From NCBI RefSeq assembly GCF_963921235.1, contig NC_086097.1:76200001-76264000 (forward strand): 64,000 nucleotides of DNA, written 5' to 3'. The translations under genes and the position numbers were made by a program. This document shows, one piece after another, positions 63,951-64,000 of this stretch. The notes beneath the pieces are model-generated. The model saw only the letters and a list, made by a program, of their open reading frames with translations, was not told the DNA's origin and ran no database searches. Positions within the stretch are counted from its first letter, which is position 1, and the number at the start of each line of letters is the position of its first letter. Source of the stretch: Mobula hypostoma (taxonomy: Eukaryota).

Positions 63951-64000
63951 CCATAAATGAACTTTTACTAATTTGCTCTTGTTTTATGTTACCAGAAGTT

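Overview
AT-rich vertebrate genomic DNA. The repeat families suggest a cartilaginous fish, probably a ray, but that is an inference. The window is almost entirely intronic sequence from the 3' part of formin-1 (FMN1) on the minus strand. One clean 150-bp coding exon (47645-47794; FH2 C-terminal region, [51 protein letters not shown]) was found. Its neighbouring exons were not found by eye, which would make the downstream intron at least 47 kb. In other gnathostomes these FMN1 introns hold the Gremlin1 limb/fin enhancers, and a transposon-free, motif-rich block next to the exon is a candidate. The rest is a layered transposon record: CR1, L2, RTE and Rex1/Babar LINEs, SINEs, Chapaev3, hAT, Tc1, mariner-type and Harbinger-type DNA elements, and a solo LTR. 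The most distinctive pattern is a family of Penelope-like (GIY-YIG) terminal-repeat insertions. They have 10-16 bp target-site duplications (TSDs) and carry a minimal hammerhead ribozyme motif. Three are head-to-head hairpins, one a perfect 104-bp-arm palindrome, and all three show the same 30-40 nt arm asymmetry. All calls were made by eye; no searches were run.
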